From NCBI GenBank assembly GCA_002189035.1, contig CM007992.1, forward strand, positions 1,178,001 to 1,242,000: a stretch of DNA of 64,000 bases. The letters run 5' to 3'. The notes under the pieces were generated by a model. The model made no database searches and was not told the DNA's origin. It saw nothing but the letters and a program-made list of their open reading frames with translations. Below, piece after piece: positions 1 through 21,057 of this stretch; positions within the stretch are counted from its first letter, which is position 1; the number at the start of each line of letters is the position of its first letter. Made by a program: the position numbers and the translations under genes. The DNA comes from Utricularia gibba (taxonomy: Eukaryota > Plantae > Magnoliophyta).

Positions 1-236
1 TTTTTGTTTCTTTCCCTCATGGTTTGTGTGCTGCTTGAATTCATATATCTTGCTATAAGGTTCTTGCACAGGCATTGTTTGGTTCGCTTCCTTCTCCTTT
101 TTCTATTTCATTCTTGCTGTTTGTGCCATAATATATATTTCCTGTGCCCCAAAGTTTAGGGTAGTTTTCTGCTGACTGACATCTATTTTTCGGATGGCCA
201 CCAGACTTGAGCTCCATCTGTTCTGGAAGTGATGAG

Positions 237-1231
237 CTACAAAGCTGTTAGCATGAGATAACTGATGCTGATGAGCAGCATGCTGATTGATGCAGATTGT
301 GCTGAGCTGGGTGGTTCATTATCAGACCCTGTTGGTTGGGAACCCGTGTCTCCTGGTGTGAATGGATTGGTTGTTGTGCTGTGGAAAAATCAGAAATTGG
401 TTTTTGCTGAATTCTCCCCTTTAAATTGCTGCATCATCACTATAGAGAGCAGAACTCACCTTGGCGGTGCCATTGGTATTGCCGGTGGATTTGTGATGAC
501 CGGTGGATTATTGATTACCGGTGGATTAGGCATTGTGTTTGTAGTTGCTGATGCAAACCGACAGTTACCGTTGCCTGTACAAAAATGAATGAGAGCTTAA
601 TGTTAAGCAGATACCAACAGTTTCTTGCAACGAGTTTGAGAAAGTTGCTCACTTGGATCAGTGTTGGAAAGATGAGCTGCTCCTCCAAATGAGCAGCTGG
701 TGGGAACCGGGTTTCTCTGGTAGTAGCTATTGAAGGCATAAGAAGCATGGTCACGAACTGTATCTGGATCGTGGCAAGGGCCGCCTGGTTGAATTGCCGA
801 ACAGTCTGCTCCACCAAGGCCACATGCATAGTCGAGAGCTACTTGTAATGCAGCCGGGGAAGCATTAGCACTGGCAATGCACCATTCTCTTCCAGATGGG
901 GTGGTTGTGGTTGGCCCAGTGGTTGGATTCGCTGCCGGTGTAGTCCCCGGTAAGGTCGGGTTTACGACTGGAACATTTCCCGGTGCTATTTGCCTCTGAG
1001 TGCCCGCCATTTGAACTTGTGGATAATACTCCAGGTTGTCCTCTTGAAATGCTTCAAATGGCATCCTCTCCACGATGGCTGCATCTGAAGATGAATTCCA
1101 TTGTCTGAAACAGCCATTCCATAGCATATAACATCTTTGGAAACAACAAATCAGTTAAACTCACCTGCAACGAAGAAGAAGAAGCCAAGGAAGATGAGGA
1201 CAACTGGAAGACGAGGTAATCTGGAGAGCAT
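237..1231 (-). CDS. X8 (CBM43) callose-binding domain protein, PDCB-like, probably GPI-anchored; 4 exons (1231-1165, 1084-653, 574-460, 378-237), 251 aa
   Basis: The signal peptide MLSRLPRLPVVLIFLGFFFFVA splices in frame (GT-AG) to the X8 motif WCIASANASPAALQVALDYACGLGGADCSAIQPGGPCHDPDTVRDHASYAFNSYYQ. A Pro/Thr-rich stalk with NPP repeats and a hydrophobic C-terminal tail follow. The exons total 756 nt. Confidence 0.9.
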
Positions 1232-3054
1232 TTCAATTGCTTTAAAGATTTGAGGTTTCTCTGTCATTTTGTCAGGGGAATGCCTTGGTTTCAATGAAAA
1301 GAAGCAACCAGAATATCTGTATCTAAAGCCACTGATGAGAGAAGGGAATCAATGATTCCGTGAATGGAGGATGAAATGGAAAATGGAATGGAATATACGA
1401 GTAAACTTCCAACAGGAGAGGCATTATCTACAAGAAAAGGAAGAATAAGAAACGAAATCCATTGCTCAAGTAACACAGACCCCCAACATTCCTTTTTAAC
1501 TCCAAAAAGCTGTTCTCAGGGGTGACTCAGAACAGAGTTGTGAACCATTGAACTGTAAATATTGAAGGAATGCAAAAGGAATGATATCAATTCTTGTACG
1601 GGGCACCTCCTTTTGAAGCAAAAGAGCATTCAGAGACCTATAGAAGATGTACTCTGGATCAAGCTCATTCACAGTTGAAGAACTGCATCAAGCAATTGTA
1701 TGGACATTTGGTAAGGGGTCATGAGATACCCATCAAGCAACACCATGCTTGTATTCCCTTTTCATCAAAGTGAATACTTTTTAGTTTGAATCTGTAATTT
1801 AAAGTTGTTTTTTGAATCATTTTAAAATTATACAATTGTTTTATAGAATAATATAAAATTATATTATAAATTTTAATAAAATAAAATATGTATTATGAAG
1901 TTTAATATATTAAATTATTATCTAATTTAATATTATGATATAAATATATTTTTAGAATAAATAAATATTGAATATTATAATTTATTATTTAATCTTTGAA
2001 ATAAAGATTTAATAAATTTAATTAAAATTATAAAATATTTAAAAATTAGAATTTAAAAAATCAAACAAAATCATTTCAATAAATTATGAAAATAGAACAC
2101 GCCCTTTATGTTCGATTTTGTTTTTTGAAAAACAAAATCAAATACAATTGATTTTCAATAACTTTTAAATAAATTTATTAAAAATATTTTTCCAACATCA
2201 AAATCAAGCACACCTGCGCCCCTGGTCCATTCCATCTAGAAGCAACCTTCAAAGCACCAGGGGCACGTCGTGACTGTTCATCGTCAACCCTTTGAAAACC
2301 GAGAAGGCGTTTCAAGGTTGAAGTTGAATTCCACAAAATCCCATTTTAATAAATGAAAAAATATTGAAAATTCTTGGGAGAAAAACAAATACGAACACAG
2401 GGATTTTGGGTCAATGTAGCTTCTTCTGGGTCAAATATTGATATAAATATTTATTGTAAAGCTTATTATTAAAAAATGAGAAAATTATTAATTACAGGTT
2501 TGGTATAGTGTGTTAAAATTAAAATTATATAATTAAAAATAAAAACAAAGTTTACTGATACCTTTATATATAAGATTAATTTGAATAATTAAGAATATTT
2601 GGATGGTAGTTTTAATTTATTTAAAAATTTGAAAACAAAATAAAAGGATCACATTAATCTTGTGTATATAAAAAAAATCATTCGACTATATAAATTATTT
2701 ATCATTTGATGGAGTTCAAATTATGATTGAATAATTTAAAAAAAACATCAGGGTTTATTTAAAATGTAATTATATTACAGTTCGTTTTTTATTTTATAAT
2801 TATTTGAATTTATTAAATCTTTATTTATGTTTGAAAAATATTTAATTTCGAGAATTTTTATTTTCTTTTAGCAAGGAATGAAACCTGGAGGAGAGGTGGG
2901 AATTCACACCGGTCACTGGTCTCAGCTTCCGCCTTTCACCGGCGAATACGCGGAGACTTGTGTGGTGTTACTGACTCTCGTTTTTTTTTTTCCACCGTCA
3001 TATGTAATGGAGGGGATTCATATGTAATCCGCGTTTCCTGACTCATTTGTCGCC

Positions 3055-7370
<4,316 letters not shown>

Positions 7371-8002
7371 GCATCCGGATGATTGCATTTATTTGTTGCT
7401 TTTCATTTTCATTTGTTGTTGTTTGTATCCTTATCCGGATCGATGCTACATGTTTGTTTTTGCAATGAATTTTTCAATTATTTGTTATTGAGTTCTTGTC
7501 AAGTTTTTAGAATTATGTATTTAATTATAATTCAATTTCAAGATTTATTTAAATAATAACTTTTATTTTTTAAATATTTTAAAATATATAAAAAATTATT
7601 AAATCTATTATTAAATGACCGGTTATGTATTTTAAATATGTAATTTAGATTATGAAATTATATAAATAGAATAAATTTAAAGTTATAAAATTATTTTTTG
7701 TATAGTATAAAAATATATTATAAAATTAATAAGTAAATTATACATATATAATTGAATATATTAAATTATTATATATTTAATATTATGATAAAAATTTTCT
7801 AATTAACATTTTTATTTAATAACTAAAATATAAATTTAAAAATTCAGTAATCTATCAAATTAATCAAATAATTTAAATTTATGATTTTTTTTATAAAATA
7901 ATTAAATATTATAATTTTAAAATTTATTAAAATCACATTAGTAAATTAAAAATTGAATTTAATCATTTATAAAGTATTATTAGGGCCGCTCCTTACAACT
8001 AG

Positions 8003-8071
8003 TGGGCTAAGTATATCTATTGGGCCTTTTCATTTGAAACCCACGGGGGAAAATCCGTTACCCTATGGGCC
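8003..8071 (+). promoter_or_regulatory. Cluster of site II (TGGGCY) elements upstream of TrpRS
   Basis: TGGGCT 8003-8008, TGGGCC 8021-8026 and TGGGCC 8066-8071 lie 70-140 bp before the ATG. These motifs are typical of organellar and translation gene promoters. Confidence 0.6.
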
Positions 8072-8138
8072 ATGTCATTGACCCTTTTTTGGAAAAGGAG
8101 ATAATGATATTCGTTGTTAGTTTTGAGTAGCTGCAGGC

Positions 8139-12030
<3,892 letters not shown>

Positions 12031-13138
12031 TCAAGTTGCGGAGAGGCTAACCATAGCTGCATGCATTCACACCCCTATTCAATTCATGCCGTCACCCTCA
12101 AATCCAGGAGCACGCTCTTCATACCTGCGAATCCTACCCACCGAAGCATTCCCAGCAGAAGTTTCGGTTTCAACAGGGTTGCATGATTCCATACTTGTGT
12201 GGCTTCAAGGTAAGCATGCATTTACAAGTTCCAATCGCACAAGTTTAGCCGTTGAAACACCACAGCTCCAAATTCAGTAGCATTCATTTTGCAGTATCAA
12301 ATATATAAATCTGCTTGGTTCTTTTTTTTAAAAAAAATATTTTTCGAAAAACGTTTTTAATAAATAAAATTTGGTGATTTTCAATTTTTTTGAAAATAAA
12401 GACAGCTTCAAAATTTTGTTTGATAATATAATTATTTTTAAAACATTTGTTTTAAAATTGTTCAACACAAACAAACTTATAATTAGTATTTCAATTCGAG
12501 ATTAGATTCGTTTTAATCTAAAGTAATTACATAATAATATTTATTTTTTTTTATCAAATTCACTCAATAAACACAATTCTTATCTTATATTTAATGTCTT
12601 ATTTAATCTTTAATAAATTAAATTTTCCTAAATATAAAATACTCTATCGAACAATACCGGATATATTTTCCACACGCGTACTAATGAGGATGGCGATGCT
12701 TAGGAGTCTAGGTATGGACGTGGCGGCTCTTGAGTGGCGCGCCATTCATAAACTTTTGATTAACTATTAACTTAAATAGTTATGGAACAAGAAAACAAAA
12801 TATTCTGTTCACTCTCCGGAAAATAGATATTTGATTGGTGACGGGGCAATCGTGAATGCGATGGAGATGGAGGATCTTGATGAATGTAATGATTGTATCA
12901 TTTCGCGGTCTTGGATTCTGTTTGTTTGTGGAAGCGACGAGCGGAGCAGGCACATGGTGGTTTCAAAATCCTTTTCTTCTCCATTCATGTTTTCTTGCGG
13001 ATATGATTCATCTAATCTCAGCTCGCTGTTTGAGTTGAGAATCACAGGTGCTGTTCCGCAGCTATATGGTGTTATTTCTATGTCTTTTCATGGATAATTG
13101 GATGTGTGCGCCGTTGGTGTATCACTTTGGATGTGTTT

Positions 13139-13294
13139 ATGGCGAGACTGTTCGTTCGAAAGCTACCACCACAAAGGAACATGAATATAGAGAAATCTCA
13201 GGTTTGGCAACCTTGCAAAAAGGAATGGGAATTGCTTCATTCAAAAGAGACAAAGGGGATGGTGCTTGTATTGGGGAACAGATGTCGGTTGTAG
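13139..13294 (+). other. Upstream ORF (51 codons from ATG 13139; 37 from ATG 13181) in the CIPK23 leader
   Basis: MARLFVRKLPPQRNMNIEKSQVWQPCKKEWELLHSKETKGMVLVLGNRCRL* ends 42 nt before the kinase ATG at 13337. Confidence 0.5.
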
Positions 13295-13336
13295 AAACAT
13301 TACTGATCAAGTGGGGTTGGCATTGAGTCGATTGAG

Positions 13337-16299
13337 ATGAAGCCGGTGGCGTCAAGCTCAAATGCCGGTGGAAGCAGAAGTAGAAGCACAACATCTAGGA
13401 CTCGTGTGGGGATATATGAATTGGGCAGGACTTTAGGTGAAGGGACTTTTGCTAAAGTGAAGCTTGCCAAGAATTTAGAAACTGGGAAGAGCGTGGCTAT
13501 CAAGATTCTGGATAAAGAGAAGATTCTCAATCATAAAATGATAGGGCAGGTGATCTTTTCTTGTGTTCCAGTCTATTTTCCAAGAATCTACTGTTCTCTT
13601 CTTGAATTGATTTGTTTTCCGCCACTCAAACCTTCAATGCTATGAATTGCTTAATCCTTGTTTTGTCAGTCCCATATTCTGTGTGTTTTCTAGAGTGTAA
13701 TATTGCAGGTCTCATGATCCTTTGTGGCTATGTCCATCTAACTGATTTGAAAAGTGATTATTATCAGTATCTGAAACCTTTAATTTCTGATGCCCTTCTT
13801 TTTTTTCTTTTTCTGTCGTTTGTGCTGACTCTATTGCTATTGAATCACAATCACATCTTAATCCAATGTTCCTTGGCAGATCAAGCGGGAAATTTCAACC
13901 ATGAAATTGATAAGGCATCCTAATGTCATTCACATGTTTGAGGTCCGGCTGGTTCTTTTTCCATGATTCTTCAGTCCCACGTGCTTATTTTATGATGATC
14001 GAATTCTGTATTTGATTTTTTAGCGGTAAGATTGTCCTTAATTGAATATCCTTCCCAATCCTCATGTAGGTTATGGCCAGCAAAACAAAGATATACATTG
14101 TAATGGAATTTATCACTGGTGGTGAACTGTTTGATAAGATCGTAAGCTCTGTAGTTCTCCAGTTTTGTAGTGGGAGTAGGACTGCTGGCCATCATTTATT
14201 AGCTAAAACATGCCCGCTGCATTGCACTCTTTCTTGCAGTCTTCAAGGGGAAAGCTGAAAGAAAATGAAGCCAGAAAATACTTTCAGCAGTTGATCAGTG
14301 CCATTGATTATTGCCACAGCCGTGGTGTTTACCATAGGGACCTCAAGGTAAGACCATTTGAACCCGTTCTTAGAGGGTCTTAATAACTAATGGGGCTGGG
14401 TTAATGTACAGCCAGAGAATTTATTGCTTGATTCCAAAGGAGGTCTTAGAGTGTCAGATTTTGGGTTGAGCGCTCTACCTCAACAAGTCCGGGTATCAAT
14501 GCATTTTGATATATAACTTTCGCCACTACAAATAGAGAGGTTGAATATATAAACGGCTATCTTCATTCACTTGATGCGATACCAGGAAGATGGCTTGTTT
14601 CACACAACATGTGGTACTCCAAATTATGTTGCTCCGGAGGTATTTCTCGCCTCTACCAAGCTGTAGGTTTTTTTCCTTTTTGGTGAGAATTATTTCATCT
14701 TTTTTTTATTAAAGGTGATAAAAAATAAGGGCTATGATGGAGCGAAGGCTGATATTTGGTCTTGTGGTGTTATTCTTTTTGTTCTGTTGGCTGGCTATTT
14801 GCCCTTTGAAGAATCAAATTTGATGGTATTGTATAAAAAGGTACCTTGAATAAATACTTATCACCCTATTTTTGTCTGAATCCAAAGCGATGGATCAATC
14901 GTAAGTTCATGGGGTGTGAGATTCAATTCCCATTAATTGGCTAAGTGTTCTTGATGCAGATATTCAAGGCATATTTTTCGTGTCCTGGATGGTTCTCTTT
15001 CAGTGCCAAGAAGCTTATCAATAGAATCCTTGATCCAAATCCAGACACAGTATGCACGCTCTTGTCATTTCTGTAAATTTCACATAATATCAATGAATAG
15101 CTTTGGTCTTTTTGTCGTGGAAAAAGTTATTACTTCTGATGCTGAATTTTGAATGGTGTATTTATTATGTGAAACAGCGCATCACAATTGCGGAAATTCT
15201 TGAGAATGATTGGTTCAAGAAAGGTTATAATCAACCTGTTTTTGAGCATGAAGAATTTAATCTTGATGATGTTGAATCGATGTTCAACGAATCTGGGGTC
15301 AGTGTGCCACTTGTTGTCAAGCCTTCTTTTCATGCTCCATGGCTTTGAGACCAGGAATTAGTTTCACTTTAAGAATGGTTAGAATTTGACACAGTTGTTA
15401 TGCTCCACGTCAGGATTCCTCAACCCGTGTTTTGGAGAGGCTGGAAGAAAGGATCTCTGCAGCTCCAGTGACAATGAATGCTTTTCAGCTGATCTCCACT
15501 TCCCAGGGCCTTAATCTCAGTTCTCTGTTTGAAAAGCAAATGGTGAGACTTGAGAATGGACTCATTTAAAAAAAAATACATCGATAATATCAGTAACACT
15601 CGATGCATATTTTCCTATTCCAGGGAGTTGTGAAGCGAGAAGCTAGATTTACTTCTAAATGTCCTGCAGATGAGATCATCGCAAAAATTGAGCGAGCTGC
15701 TATGCCTATGGGTTTCTATGTAAAAAAGAGCAACTATAAGGTGTTCAATGCTCCGATGTTGGAAGCAGTTTCTTCTTTATTTTTTTTAATAGGTGGCTGA
15801 TATATTTTTTTCTTCCGGTTCCAGATGAAACTTAGCAGCGAGAAATCGGGGCGCAAGGGTCATCTAGCCATCACTGCAGAGGTCCACCTTCTTTATAACA
15901 CTAGTTCATGCATAACTTGTACTCTTCTTCTCTAATGCCTCTGCAGATCTTCGAGGTTGCTCCCACCCTTCACATGGTCGAGCTTCGCAAGTGTGGAGGC
16001 GATACCCTGGAATTTCACAAGGTAATGCAGTCAGTTGTATCGCTTCATGAGCCTATTTTACACTCCTAAGATGCTCTTTTAGACGGTTGTCTCTCTTGAT
16101 CCACGAACTCTAGATTCCTTCACAGATCGTAGCTCAAAACTAGTTGAAGTCACATATGATCTTAGTATAGCATGTCTGGTGCGCCATCATGAATCTTGCG
16201 TCCAACCTCCCTCTGCCTGTTGATCTTGCGCAGTTCTACAATGACCTCCACACTGGGTTGAAAGACATTGTGTGGGATCCCCATGGCAGTGGAGTTTAG
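13337..16299 (+). CDS. CIPK23: CBL-interacting Ser/Thr protein kinase (SnRK3), intron-rich CIPK23 clade
   Basis: [67 protein letters not shown], the NAF domain [22 protein letters not shown], and the C-terminus [23 protein letters not shown]. Confidence 0.93.
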
Positions 16300-16465
16300 A
16301 TGAATGGTGAGCATTCCTTGCGCTTTTACAACTGAATCTCATCATATTGTTGCAACATGGAATTTTTAGTGCTCAGGTCTACATGTTGGCTACAGATCTT
16401 GTGTGTGTGTTGCATGGAATTCCTTGGTGCTTCATTTTATGAATAAAAATCCCTTAGATTTTGTT

Positions 16466-17004
16466 TAGGGATGTTTGTGAATTGGATATTATTCAAAATT
16501 GATTAAAAATGAATTCGTTGAAGAGATAATAAATTGAAATGGATAATAAATAATTTGAGTACGAATAAAAAATTATAAGAACTGATTATAAATAATTTAA
16601 ATCTTAATTTAAATTCTTATGAATCGTTTATTTGAAATCGAATCGATTATTTTTTATTTTTATATAAATAATTTTTTTATAATACTAATCATGTAATATA
16701 TTATATTTACATGAATAAATATATACATTATTTAAAATTAACAATAGAAATTTATAATTTATATACCAATGAAATAAAATATAATTGATATTTAAAATTT
16801 TTATTATTTAAAATATAAAATATAAATAAAAAATTATAATTGATTCTTATATAGAATCGTACCTAAATTGATTAAGAATCGGATGAAAATTGAATAAAAA
16901 TGGAAATTGACAATTCCGGTAAAAACTGATTAATAAAATATTTAATCAAGTTACATTCTTGTTCTTGCTGGTATCAAACCGAATCCAATTCACAAGCATA
17001 TCTA
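16466..17004. mobile_element. Non-autonomous hAT-type MITE (~540 bp), decayed
   Basis: The left end TAGGGATGTTTGTGAATTGGAT and right end ATCCAATTCACAAGCATATCTA are inverted repeats with 3 mismatches in 22. The flanking 8-mers ATTTTGTT and AATGTGTT match 6/8, consistent with a TSD. The interior is AT-rich and non-coding. Confidence 0.7.
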
Positions 17005-17405
17005 AATGTGTTTGATAGATGGTATTAAATAGAAAATGTATATCAAAATCCTAAATTTATTAAGGAAAACAAATCTTATGAGACAACCTTTGCAATAGCT
17101 CTAATATTTTTTTCTATTCTCCCGTGTAAAAATCTAACTGATGTAAACCACCCAGTTCATGAAACCCACAAAATCTAACTACACAAGACACCACGTTTGA
17201 ATGTGCATGCCCTGTCCAAACAAGGGGGTGGTGCGCGAGACAGAAGCTACAATTGGATTGAGTGCACGTACAATGCAACACAAGGATGGATAGGTGGATA
17301 CTTGGGGAGTTAGAAATATATCCCGAGGAACACAAAGACATGAAAAGGAGAAAGGAGAAGAGAAAGAATTGTACGGGATGTTGCAGACTGCTGCTACTAC
17401 TAATC

Positions 17406-20400
17406 CTACTCCCCCCATGCAGTGGCCTTCGTGTTGGGAACGTGGAACATGAAGTTGGCCACCCTTTCCCTGTCTCTTTCCTTCTGCTTCGGGAGATCGA
17501 TGAGTTGGAGTCCCAACCTCCCCATCTCCTGAACCTCCTGCGGCGACAGGATCTTGATGCACCACACGCTGTTCACGAATTCCCTGTCCAGAGAACAAAT
17601 GTAGAGCTGAGAATCATGCAGTGTGTGGCTGTTGCTTTTGTGTGTGTATCTGGAGTTGAACTTACTGGTAGGGGTCGTCGCCGAGGAGAAGAAGATCGTT
17701 CTCTCGGTCGACGAATACAAGCTGCCAGCCTGATCTTAAGGGGTCCTCCAGTTGCTGTTCCAGTCCAAACATGCGGCCAACTTCTCTGCGCAGCTCCTGG
17801 TAGCTGCTCAATTTGCTTATGTCGACTGATCTTCCAGGGGACCCTGATTTGTATACCTTGACAAAGTTTCTGTTCGAAGGACTAACAGCGTTGTTGCGGT
17901 TGTCTGAGCAGAACAGAAAACCTGAAGAATCATCAATGCAACTACTGGCAATGGGGTTTAGATTTCGGGAGGAACAATCAGCGGCAGCAGCAACACCGGG
18001 GCTGCTGCTGCTCATGTAGCTGCTGCAAGTGCCGAACCCTTTGTCACTACTCACAAGGGGCAAAGAGTCGATATTCACTCCGAACAGAAAGTGATTCTGG
18101 GGATCATTACCTCCTCCGTCGGCTAAACAATGATCCCACCAACCGGAGGGAAAGGAGGCAAACAAACAGAATTCTGATCAATGTGTTGCTGTTGTTGTAC
18201 TGAAAGAAGAGGATCCACCGCAATGCGCTTGTTTGGCCTGCAACTGTAAGATGCAAAGCTTTTTGATGCAGCATCATTATACACTCCTAATACACTCTCC
18301 AGAGGAGAAACAGAGTCCACCATCCCAGCTTTTGCATGTGAAATTGACTGCTGAATTGCCTCAAACTCTGCCTGGTAGCCTGAATCCGGAGCAGCAGCCT
18401 CAACTGGCTGCACTATTTTGTGACAAGTATCTGTAAAACGTTGAACAGCAGGAGGTTGCTGATGGTACACCTGACGAAGTTGCATTGGCGTGTTGGTGAA
18501 TGGCAACGACCTCTGGTGTATGGCTTGCTGCGGGAACACATCAGCAGGTGCATGATGAGACTGAACACCTGAAAGGCTCTGCAGAAAGTGATCAGAAATC
18601 TGTGGCTCAATGAAATCTGTGGCCTGGCCATTTGGAGCTTGGGATAGCTGCAGTTGCATGAGGGATGGAAGCATCTGTTTCGATGGGTCTACAACCCTGG
18701 CCTCCTGAACAGCAGCAGCAGATGCCATAGTTTGAAACATGTCACTTTGGAACCCAAGATCTGATGCACTGACCCGTGGATGCACCCACGGGTTTAATCC
18801 CATTCCCATTTCCATTCCTTGGTACATAGCATCTTCCCAGAGCCAGACTGGGGAAGAAGTTAATCCCATATCGTCCATCTTCATTCCTGAATGCAACATT
18901 TAGGTCTATGAATCATTAACTTGCAAAGATGTGTGTTTGTTTTGTGACCAGGAAAAAGGAAAAGATCGGTTCTTCATACCACCCGATGAAGAGAAGCGCC
19001 TGAATCTCAATGGAAATGATGAAGGATACATAGGAAAAGTGTTCAAAGCCTCAATCTCCCAAAGGGACACTCTTGGTTGCTTCTCCCCTGCTGCAGACTC
19101 ATCCCAGCCTACCTGCAACCAACACTCAAATTCAACTTAAAACATGAAGCATTTTCATGCTTCCAGAAGATAGAAACTTGTGGTCACCTTAACTGACCGC
19201 CAGTGTGAATTTGGCCACTTCACGGCATCCAAGTCACTTATAGCAGTAACAGTGCCCATATAACTGGCCAAAGAAAAAAGAAGAAAATAGAGAGAATGAC
19301 ATTGGCAAGGAAAGGAATAATCAGGATGCAAGTTCCAATCATACCGGCGAACACTAGATTCATCTGTTTCAAACAGCATTCGAAAGCGCATGCCAACAGA
19401 TATTCTAGTGTGATGCACTGCTTTTAGATACTTGGTGAGAGGTATCACAAACTCAGAAGGGCTAGCCCTGAAATAAGCAAACTTCATGTTAGTGTGTTTA
19501 GTGGGCATGGACTCATGCCACAAGTCCAGGAAATTGATACCTTGGATTGTAAAATACTGTGAAACGGGTGTTGGTTGCAGCTGCATGGGCAGCAGCAGCA
19601 AGGAGGCCTAGATGCATGCTATCACTGGATAAAACTGAAGAGGGCATTATGGTTTGTGGCCGGTTGGCACGACGAATGCCAATAAACAATTGGTTTTTCT
19701 CATTCCTGGGAAGCAATAAGTAAAACATTTCTCAGTAAACAGGGAGCCGCAAGTTACTACTACATGTCTCCAGAAGCTCACCATATGAAAATAACTGAAT
19801 CACCAGCAACAAGTTTTTTTGCAGTCACAAAAACACTCCAACCAGTTGTAAGTAGATGCCTCTTTGGCTGACCTGGTAAATTATCAGGAAACTCAGATGT
19901 CGAAGTCAGTATTTGTGTTGTTTCAAATGGATTACTTACCCCGGAAAATATGCTTGAATTTCCAGACGTTTTCATGCAGATCTCTAGCAACCAGCTCTTG
20001 AGTTGGAGGCTGCTGACTGAAGTCCTGCAAAAGAGATTTCAGTTTCAGCCAACAAGTATCAATCTAAACAAACAAAAAGTGGGAAACCAGCATGCTTAAA
20101 AATTGTTTTACCAAAGGGGGAAACACTTTCTCTGCAGCACGACGAGGAACTGAAAATCCTCCATGAGTACTGGTGTCACTTGCTGTCAATATCTTGCAGA
20201 AGTAATTTGTTGGCTGCTTGCTTCCGAAGCCTAAGTCTGCTGCAAGAAAGGAGATCCTGTTTTGTTCTTCCTGAACAAGGACATGAATAACGAACTGAAT
20301 CATCCAGCCGACAGACAGCATAATTAAAATGTCTAATGAGCAGAAATGCCTTACTGTGCTCAATGGTTGCAAAGTCATTTGTGCATAAACTTCATCTGTC

Positions 20401-21057
20401 TCAGGGTCAGCCTATTCAAGCAAAAATATGAGCAAACAACGGTGTAAATGCTTCAATAGACAGGGCCAGATGACTTACATGCATCACCACATTGTGAAGC
20501 TGGCAAATAAGTTGAGGTGGTAAGCTCGGGTAATTTGGAATCTGAGCATCAACTTCCCGCTTTGTGGAAATTGAAACCTGCATATCATACAAAAAACATC
20601 AAAGAGAAGGAAGCAGGCATTCATCAACATGTTGTTGGTTTGTTGGGATGGATAGAATACCTGTTCGCTGTGACCCTGAGGAAAATAAACCACATGACTG
20701 CCAATGGAAGGCAGGTAAACCAGAGGACCAGCACAGGCATGCCATAGCTCAGAGTTCAAGCAGCTTTTAACTCCTCCTAATCAAAAGCCAGCCAAAATAT
20801 CATCAATTCCAAAAGCCAACAAAGAATGTTGTTGAGATTAGAGAAGTTTGATCTTATCACCATGACTATCATACATTACATATAAGGAAGAGAGTTATGA
20901 AGTAAAAGGATAAGGAAAATGAAAGGGTTTTGCAGAATGGGAACCAAAACCTGAGAAAAAAGCAAATTTCATGCTTGCAAGAAGGAAAAAAAAGTGGGAT
21001 TTGAGGAAGCAGGAAAGATTCACCTTCAGGAGAGTAGTCATCTGCTGATTCTTTCAT
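17406..21057 (-). CDS. ARF6: Auxin response factor, class A (ARF6/8 clade); apparent frameshift near 18150
   Basis: First exon [12 protein letters not shown] (21057-21024); [14 protein letters not shown]; B3 domain [31 protein letters not shown] and [16 protein letters not shown]; ARF domain [11 protein letters not shown]...[21 protein letters not shown]; Q-rich middle region; PB1 domain [16 protein letters not shown]...[22 protein letters not shown] and [17 protein letters not shown]. Confidence 0.93.
17717..17737 (-). promoter_or_regulatory. miR167 target site in the ARF6-like mRNA
   Basis: The mRNA reads AAGAUCAGGCUGGCAGCUUGU within LRSGWQLV. This is the known miR167 (UGAAGCUGCCAGCAUGAUCUA) site of ARF6/ARF8. 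Confidence 0.92.

Noticed and set aside
1291-1476. ORF MLLEQWISFLILPFL... as the first exon of the X8 gene
   Set aside because: It starts at GTG, has no in-frame ATG and no usable donor. The ATG at 1231 gives a clean signal-peptide exon with a GT donor.
1517-1536. miR398-like sequence (minus strand TCTGTTCTGAGTCACCCCTG)
   Set aside because: It has two mismatches plus a gap, lacks a precursor-length hairpin, and is the wrong orientation to be a target in the minus-strand gene.
18123-18143. 21-nt GT...AG mini-intron to explain the ARF6 frame break
   Set aside because: It is far below plant minimum intron size and splicing it would not restore the conserved frame.
18146-18156. Programmed -1 ribosomal frameshift at U UUC CCU in ARF6
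   Set aside because: It fits X XXY YYZ only with Y=C, which is a poor slippery site. I saw no clear downstream structure, and the parallel TRS120 lesion favours sequencing error.
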